Assembly: GCA_038144795.1 (NCBI GenBank)
Contig: JAYQOK010000001.1
Location: forward strand, 2,085 to 66,084
DNA from: Candidatus Kuenenia sp.
GTDB taxonomy: Bacteria; Planctomycetota; Planctomycetia; Pirellulales; UBA1268
Direction: 5' to 3'
DNA: 64,000 nt
The notes beneath the pieces were generated by a model. It was not told the origin of the DNA. It worked only from the letters and a program-made list of their open reading frames with translations, and ran no database searches. Position 1 is the stretch's first letter, and every line of letters starts with the position of its first letter. The position numbers were made by a program, and so were the translations under genes. Positions 58,593 through 64,000 of the stretch are shown one piece after another.

Positions 58593-58625
58593 AGCTCATG
58601 AGCAGCTCATGAGCAGCTCATGAAC
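58593..58625. promoter_or_regulatory. 3 x 11-bp tandem repeat with a palindromic core (AGCTCATGAGC), candidate operator
   Basis: agctcatgagc agctcatgagc agctcatgaac. Each unit contains the palindrome GCTCATGAGC (first two units) or CTCATGA (third). Lies about 90-120 nt upstream of the DUF1080 start. Confidence 0.45.
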
Positions 58626-58626
58626 C

Positions 58627-58683
58627 GTTGCCCTGTTCTTCCTGGCCCCAAAAAGTGTTTCCGAAACGCGTGGCTTCCCCTCT
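58627..58683. repeat. 57-bp intergenic motif, copy X
   Basis: 47/57 identical, same orientation, to 63364..63420 (gttgccctgttcttcctggccccaaaaagtgtttccgaaacgcgtggcttcccctct versus gttggcccgttcttcctagccccgaaaagcgttcctgaaactcgtggctcctcctct). Confidence 0.7.
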
Positions 58684-58737
58684 ACAATGGCGTTTTTCTC
58701 GCGTCGGTGCAGACCGCATTACAGTCGGCCGTTCCCG

Positions 58738-58922
58738 TGGCTTCGACGCCTCCTGTCCGACGCCGCTCAGAGGCTGTGAATATCGATCACGACCAACTCG
58801 TCGGGCGACGCTTGAAAGATTGCCCGGTCGTCATGGACCTGCACGAGCTCACCCCAGTCGTTCGGCGGGCCACGAGCGGAAGAGACGGGAGGCGGCTCGA
58901 GTGGTTCGCCACCCGGGCCATG
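58738..58922. repeat. 185-bp direct repeat, copy 2
   Basis: See copy 1. Its distal end (58922) coincides with an abrupt switch to AT-richer sequence. Confidence 0.9.
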
Positions 58923-59063
58923 TGTCAATAAATTGGCTAAGTAAAAACTCCAATGACGCTGATCATTGAGACTCCGGCAATCGCTCCAACCATTCATCTC
59001 TTCTTTGGGTGACATGTCACGCCAATGAGATATTGTTGTGTTGGGAAAAGATAACTCAGGCAC
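58767..59063 (-). CDS. small ORF S2 (98 aa), C-terminus encoded by repeat copy 2; coding status doubtful
   Basis: The C-terminal 52 aa are paralogous to S1. The N-terminal 46 aa are encoded by AT-rich DNA beyond the repeat. No family recognised. Confidence 0.3.
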   Translation of the reverse strand: MPELSFPNTTISHWRDMSPKEEMNGWSDCRSLNDQRHWSFYLANLLTHGPGGEPLEPPPVSSARGPPNDWGELVQVHDDRAIFQASPDELVVIDIHSL

Positions 59064-59319
59064 GTGTGATTCCGCACTCGCTTCCGGTTAACGGTCTAAA
59101 CGCTTTGGTATTCTGCATCTGACCTAGTTTCCAAAGTATCGCTCGGAGGACCCAGTGGCAATGAAATAGCCGCACTAGGAACCAGTTTCCGGCCTGCAGG
59201 CGGTCGCTAGAATGCCATGGCAGGCTGGATTTGTGAGTGAGTGGAGCGCAAGGTGCCCTGTGATTGAAGAGAGCGCAAGGTCAAGTACTGAGATCGCGTC
59301 TAAAACTTTCGAGCCCGTT

Positions 59320-61944
59320 ATGAAATCGCAACAAAACTGCATTCGGCTTTTGGAAATCATATTGTGTGCGATTTTGGAGACGGTTGTGGTGGGTGTTGTC
59401 TGGCTGTCGGCTCTGGCCATGGCAACAGAGCAAAAGTCTGAAACGGCTGATGAGCAGGGGTATTACGAAACCGTCGTTCCCTTTTTCGGAAAGTACTGTG
59501 CGGAATGTCATGTCGGAGATTCAGCCGAGGGCGACTTTTCGATTGCAAAACGAGATCTCTCCCCAGATTTCTCTGCCGAACCAAATCGAGAGAGATGGCG
59601 AGAAATTCTCAACGTCATCTCCTCTCACGAGATGCCACCAGAGGACAAGCCACAACCCGATTCAGGCGAGGCAGGTGCAGTCGTGGACTGGATTACTCGT
59701 CAGACGGTGGCGGCAGAACTTGCGAGTCGTGAGCAGTCGGCGGTCATTCGTCGCTTAAACCGAACGGAATACCGCAATACGATTCGCGACCTTTGTAGTG
59801 TTGACTTCGATACCGAAGGCTTTCCCCAAGATCCTCCAGCAGGCGGGTTTGATAACAACGGAAGGGCACTCACAATTTCTCCCTTGCACATTGAGCTCTA
59901 TTTGAATGCCGCCGAAACAATTCTTGATCGTGCACTTGTGGAAGGCGAGCAACCGGAAATGGTTCGATGGCGGTTTGATCCTGAGCCAGACAGTAGTGAT
60001 CGCAATCGTGTTCGACTGGATCCCAAGAACAATCCCATTGTGCAGAGTGGCAAGAACAAGCACGAAGGACCCTTTGTCGTAATGCACCACGAGAGTTGGG
60101 ACCGGGGCTGTGGGGCGAGGGATTTTCGGGTGCCGGTTTCAGGGCTCTACACGATCCGAGTGCGGGCTGCAGGGCGGGTCCCTGATCGTGCAGCCGTTGT
60201 GGCCTCGGCTGAAGTGTTTCTCCGGGAGCGAATGAAGAAAGAGAATGAAAAAAACCCTGACCGTACGCAGCAGAATCAGCAGCGAATGAATGACGACTTG
60301 GAAACTTTGCGTACTGATCGGATGTATGACTACGGTCCTCCGCGGCTCAAGCTCAAGCTTCAACTTGGCTCGCAGCCGAATACCATTGCCGAGTTTGATG
60401 TCGATGCACCCGAGTCAGAGCCAATGATCTACGAATTCACTGCTCGGTTCACCACGGAAACCGCTGGAGTGGGATTGGTGTATGACTACTCAATACCGTC
60501 TGTCCTAGAAAACTTTTGGTTTCAGACAAGTGACCATTTTGCGAGGCCGGAGGCGCTTGTTGACTGGATTGAAGTCGAGGGGCCGATCTACGAGAGCTGG
60601 CCACCTCCCTCTCAAGCCAAGATCTTGTTTCCGCATCAGGCCGGCATTGACACGCCGGAAGACGAAGTATCGCACGCAGGCCATGTACTCAAGCGATTTA
60701 TGTCCGAGGCTTATCGCAGGCCTGTCACCCAGGAGGAAATCACTGATAAGTTGCAATTATTTAAAAGCGCCCGGCAGGCAGGGCTGTCCTTCATTCAATC
60801 GATTAAGCGACCACTGGTGGCGGTGCTGGTGAGCCCCAGTTTTCTCTTCTTGGCTGAGACGTTGCCAGGTGAGGCTGGACAGCAACTGGACGACCATGCC
60901 ATCGCAACACGCTTAGCGTATTTCCTCTGGTCAACGCAGCCTGATTGCGAATTGCGGCAGCGGGCCGATTCAGGGCAACTCACGTCTAAGGACAGTGGTA
61001 AAAGGCTTGAGGCAGAAGTAGATCGCATGCTGGAGGATGAACGAAGTGGTCAGTTCATCCATAACTTTGCCGGACAGTGGTTGGGTCTTCGTGAGGTCGG
61101 TGTCAATCCACCAGCGAAAGACCTCTTCCCACGATACGACAGGCATCTTGAGGTGTCGATTGTGGGTGAGTCAGAATCATTTTTTCGAGCGTTTGTCGAT
61201 CACAACCTTGATGCCCGAAAGATGATCCAGAGTGAGTTTGTGACGGTCAATGAGCGGATGGCGCGTTTTTACGGGATTCCCGGCGTGCGCGGTGATGCCT
61301 TTCGAAGGGTTGAGGTACCTGACGGTATCCATCGTGGGGGGATTGTCACGCAAGCGTCGATTTTAGTCATTACGAGCAATGGAACTCGTACGTCACCGGT
61401 GAAGCGAGGCACTTGGATTCTCAAAACGCTTTTAAACACTGATCCTGGGCTTCCGGTTGCGAACGCCGGTGAGATTTCCCCAAAGGTGCCTGGTGTCGAC
61501 AAGGCCACCGTTCGCCAGCGACTCGAGATTCATCGTGAACTCGCCCAGTGTGCTCGCTGTCATAGCAAGATTGATCCACTGGGCTTTGCCCTGGAAAACT
61601 ACAATGCCTGCGGAGAGTGGCGGGATCGCGAAGGGTTTGGCTACAAGGGCCGCATTGGCAAAGACGATCCTCTGATCGACGCCTCATCGAAGATGCCAGA
61701 TGGTACTGACATTGTTGGTGTCCATGGATTGCAGGGAGCGATGCTTGCTCGCGAAGATGAGTTTCTGAATTCGCTGGCCTCCCATATGCTCACCTATGCT
61801 CTGGGGCGCGAACTCGGAATGGCGGACCGGGCTGTCGTCAATTCACTCGTGGCTAATATGTCTGATCCGTCGAGTGGTGGTGCGCCAACCGTGAGGCGGT
61901 TAATCAAAGCGATTGTGACAAGCGATGTGTTCCTCACAAAGTGA
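59320..61944 (+). CDS. DUF1592/DUF1587/DUF1595/DUF1588/DUF1585 family protein with an N-terminal CxxCH motif (second copy, low GC)
   Basis: ORF 59212..61944, start at Met37. CAECH at 59497..59511. RRLNRTEYRNTIRDLCSVDF, AYFLWSTQPDCELR, SPVKRGTWILKTLL, CARCHSKIDPLGF. Confidence 0.88.
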   Translation: MKSQQNCIRLLEIILCAILETVVVGVVWLSALAMATEQKSETADEQGYYETVVPFFGKYCAECHVGDSAEGDFSIAKRDLSPDFSAEPNRERWREILNVISSHEMPPEDKPQPDSGEAGAVVDWITRQTVAAELASREQSAVIRRLNRTEYRNTIRDLCSVDFDTEGFPQDPPAGGFDNNGRALTISPLHIELYLNAAETILDRALVEGEQPEMVRWRFDPEPDSSDRNRVRLDPKNNPIVQSGKNKHEGPFVVMHHESWDRGCGARDFRVPVSGLYTIRVRAAGRVPDRAAVVASAEVFLRERMKKENEKNPDRTQQNQQRMNDDLETLRTDRMYDYGPPRLKLKLQLGSQPNTIAEFDVDAPESEPMIYEFTARFTTETAGVGLVYDYSIPSVLENFWFQTSDHFARPEALVDWIEVEGPIYESWPPPSQAKILFPHQAGIDTPEDEVSHAGHVLKRFMSEAYRRPVTQEEITDKLQLFKSARQAGLSFIQSIKRPLVAVLVSPSFLFLAETLPGEAGQQLDDHAIATRLAYFLWSTQPDCELRQRADSGQLTSKDSGKRLEAEVDRMLEDERSGQFIHNFAGQWLGLREVGVNPPAKDLFPRYDRHLEVSIVGESESFFRAFVDHNLDARKMIQSEFVTVNERMARFYGIPGVRGDAFRRVEVPDGIHRGGIVTQASILVITSNGTRTSPVKRGTWILKTLLNTDPGLPVANAGEISPKVPGVDKATVRQRLEIHRELAQCARCHSKIDPLGFALENYNACGEWRDREGFGYKGRIGKDDPLIDASSKMPDGTDIVGVHGLQGAMLAREDEFLNSLASHMLTYALGRELGMADRAVVNSLVANMSDPSSGGAPTVRRLIKAIVTSDVFLTK

Positions 61945-61970
61945 GTTTGTTCTCAATCATTTTCGGAAAA

Positions 61971-63329
61971 ATGCCCATGAATAAGCATCTCCCATTTCGT
62001 GGCCGCCGACTGTCTCGACGACATGTCCTCCGTGCCGCCGGTGCATCGCTATCGCTACCGTTTCTTGATGCGATGCTTCCCTCCGCCTGCTCTGCGCCGT
62101 CAACATTTGTGCCACTTCCTGAGTCAGGCCAGCCTCAGCCGAGAATGGTCTGTTGCTACGTGCCCAATGGCGTAAATATTGTGGAGTGGGTGCCGGATGC
62201 TGCGGGCAAAAACTACCAACTCTCGCCAACGCTTGCCGCCCTGGAGCCATTTCGTGATCGCTTTAGTGTACTGACAGGTCTTGGCCATCCAGCGTCAAAA
62301 GGAGGCCACAGCGGTGCGGATACCTGGTTGACGGCCGCCGATCTCACTGCAAAGCCGGGCAGCGACTATACCAACAGTCAGTCAATTGATCAGGTCGTGG
62401 CGAAGCACCATGGTCCGCATACAAGATTTGCATCACTCCAGTTCTCCGATCAATCTGGGACGGGCGCTGCCGGCCATTCCCACACGCTGTCTTTCGATCA
62501 GAATGGCACGCCTCTTCCAGCGGAAAATTCACCGCGACGAATTTTTCAGCGGCTGTTTGTTCCTGAATCAGCTGCTGACAAGCAGGCGCTGCTTGCTCGC
62601 TACGCCGAACGCCGCAGCATTCTTGATGCGGTTGCTGGGGATGCGAAAGCATTGCAGAAGCGACTCGGCTCGGCCGATCGTCAGAAAGTCGAAGAATACC
62701 TCTCAAGTATTCGTAGTACCGAACAATCAGTGGAGCGTATGGAGCAGTGGATCGATCGCCCCAAGCCACAGATTTCAGAAAAAGGTCTCCAACTCGACAG
62801 CAAGCCAGGGAATGCACACGACCGACCTATGTGGATCGATGTCATGTTGGAGTTGGTTTACCTTGCCTTTATTACTGATTCGACTCGAGTGATTACCTTT
62901 GAGTGGTCCCGTGAAGCGGGTGGTTATGGTGGCGGTGGTGAGAACCATCATGAGCTATCTCACCATGGCGGGGACGCCGACATGTTGAAAAAACTTGGCA
63001 TTATCGATCGGTTTTTCCTCAAGCGACTGGAGCGTTTTCTCGGCATGCTTAAACAGACAACCGAAGCTGATGGCTCGATGCTTGACCGCACGGTAGTCGT
63101 CTATGGTAGCGGTATGAATTCGGGCAAAGGGGGCGAACATTCCCCGAAAAACCTGCCGCTCCTAGTGGCGGGTGGTGATAAACTCGGAATCGCGCACGGG
63201 CAACACGTTGCCTTCGATGAGAATAACCATCCGCCGCTGTCCAACTTTCTCCTCGGGGTTGCTCAGCGGATGGGTGTGCCTGTGGATTCGTTCGCTGACT
63301 CCACAGGCGTTCTCTCTGGGTTCTTTTGA
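61971..63329 (+). CDS. DUF1552 domain-containing protein (second copy, Tat signal)
   Basis: ORF 61941..63329 (a GTG overlapping the upstream TGA). First ATG at Met11. RGRRLSRRHVLRAAGASLSLPFLDAM, NHHELSHHGGDADMLKKL, C-terminal NFLLGVAQRMGV. Confidence 0.88.
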   Translation: MPMNKHLPFRGRRLSRRHVLRAAGASLSLPFLDAMLPSACSAPSTFVPLPESGQPQPRMVCCYVPNGVNIVEWVPDAAGKNYQLSPTLAALEPFRDRFSVLTGLGHPASKGGHSGADTWLTAADLTAKPGSDYTNSQSIDQVVAKHHGPHTRFASLQFSDQSGTGAAGHSHTLSFDQNGTPLPAENSPRRIFQRLFVPESAADKQALLARYAERRSILDAVAGDAKALQKRLGSADRQKVEEYLSSIRSTEQSVERMEQWIDRPKPQISEKGLQLDSKPGNAHDRPMWIDVMLELVYLAFITDSTRVITFEWSREAGGYGGGGENHHELSHHGGDADMLKKLGIIDRFFLKRLERFLGMLKQTTEADGSMLDRTVVVYGSGMNSGKGGEHSPKNLPLLVAGGDKLGIAHGQHVAFDENNHPPLSNFLLGVAQRMGVPVDSFADSTGVLSGFF

Positions 63330-63363
63330 CTGCTGCCAAGTATCAGCGACAGTTGCTTGAGCA

Positions 63364-63420
63364 GTTGGCCCGTTCTTCCTAGCCCCGAAAAGCGTTCCTG
63401 AAACTCGTGGCTCCTCCTCT
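63364..63420. repeat. 57-bp intergenic motif, copy Y
   Basis: See 58627..58683. Starts 35 nt after the DUF1552 stop codon. Confidence 0.7.
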
Positions 63421-63660
63421 GGTCGATCGGGGCATCATGGGTGCGGGTTTCAGTGCCGTCAGACCTGCGGGGCCGCAAGGATGAGCGGATGCCGGCGGCG
63501 AACCGCTACACGTACGTGAACAGTCTTTGTGAGCGTTCCTCCGTGTGTACGCGTTCGTTTACTGGTGCGACCCGTATGAATCTGGAATAGTGACCTGCTC
63601 AGCATGACTACACGCTAGGGATCCGGCAGGCAGATTCCCGCTGAGCCGTCATGTTTTGGT

Positions 63661-63840
63661 TCAGACAAACCATTCGTACCAGGGAATGTACTTCCCAAGC
63701 AGCCCGCCGATCACCAGTCCGACAACAGCCCCGGCAATGGACAGGGGGACCGATTTCAGTTCACCGAGCAGGATGGCACCAACCGCAGCACCAAGTAAGC
63801 CGAGACATCCAATCCAAATGAATTTGAGGATCTTGAGCAT
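63661..63840 (-). CDS. small membrane protein (59 aa, two predicted TM helices), not in the ORF track
   Basis: Hand translation: MLKILKFIWIGCLGLLGAAVGAILLGELKSVPLSIAGAVVGLVIGGLLGKYIPWYEWFV*. ATG preceded by GGGAG about 11 nt upstream. It falls below the 60-aa cutoff of the track, and the tracked 79-aa plus-strand ORF here is its antisense. Confidence 0.45.
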   Translation of the reverse strand: MLKILKFIWIGCLGLLGAAVGAILLGELKSVPLSIAGAVVGLVIGGLLGKYIPWYEWFV

Positions 63841-64000
63841 TTTTCTTGATCTCCCGCCAGTTGCGAGGCAGCGTAGCCTGCCTGTGGGCCATTGAACAGA
63901 TCTCCGGAGAGCCGTGGGAAAAGGTCGAAACGCTGACCTTTGGCGTCAGCGGCTGGTTCCTTCGGCCTGCGTTGGAATAGTCCTCGCATCCTGGGCGGTA

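Noticed and set aside
58593-58625. A tandem repeat as a mini CRISPR array.
   Set aside because: The units are contiguous 11-mers with no spacers. That is far too short for CRISPR repeats, and there are no cas genes in the window.
57384-58931. Plus-strand ORFs (57384..57908, 58620..58931, 58628..58969) reading through the 185-bp repeats.
   Set aside because: Their products are Arg-rich. Only 2 of the 7 differences between the repeat copies are synonymous in the plus frame, against 3 of 6 in the minus frame. Even so, the minus-frame S1 and S2 ORFs are only weakly supported.
1-64000. A search for tRNA, rRNA, tmRNA or riboswitch-like elements in all intergenic gaps.
   Set aside because: By eye I saw no cloverleaf-compatible segments, no rRNA-like conserved stretches and no known riboswitch cores. 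The gaps are mostly under 150 nt. This is a visual check only, and tRNAscan-SE or Infernal would be needed to be sure.

Overview
This is a high-GC, densely coding chromosomal segment. The gene content points to the PVC superphylum, most likely Planctomycetota: Tat-signal Gfo/Idh/MocA and ThuA proteins, formylglycine sulfatases, DUF1080, and four 'planctomycete cytochrome' gene pairs. I found no rRNA, tRNA or CRISPR array by eye.

Layout:
- 0-15.5 kb: ordinary metabolism and envelope genes (galM, DoxX, a translationally coupled glyA-aguB-aguA operon, a secreted SNase/HhH nuclease, a lactate permease, an amidohydrolase, a cupin-sulfatase pair, LemA-DUF2207).
- 15.5-39.9 kb: two DUF1549/DUF1553+DUF1501 pairs and one DUF1592-family+DUF1552 pair. 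These are interleaved with an M50 protease, an M3 peptidase, a Gfo/Idh/MocA oxidoreductase, ThuA and several unknown secreted proteins.
- 39.9-46.0 kb: a visibly lower-GC, decayed island. It is bounded by a 5'-truncated tyrosine-integrase remnant and an IS91/Y2-type transposase remnant. It carries a sulfatase pseudogene, an FAD oxidoreductase and two esterases.
- 46.0-58.6 kb (minus strand): the most unusual locus. A DUF1080 gene is followed by about 11.4 kb encoding three tandem paralogous modules of about 1,150-1,400 aa with no domain I can recognise. One module is a separate gene, the second and third are fused, and the third is cut from its membrane-anchor tail by an in-frame TAA. The locus has an upstream region packed with short tandem and palindromic repeats. 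185-bp direct repeats flank the DUF1080 gene, and one of them coincides with a sharp GC drop.
- 58.9-64 kb: a low-GC segment with a second DUF1592-family+DUF1552 pair and a small membrane-protein ORF that is missing from the ORF track.

All family names come from motif recognition by eye or memory, not from database searches.
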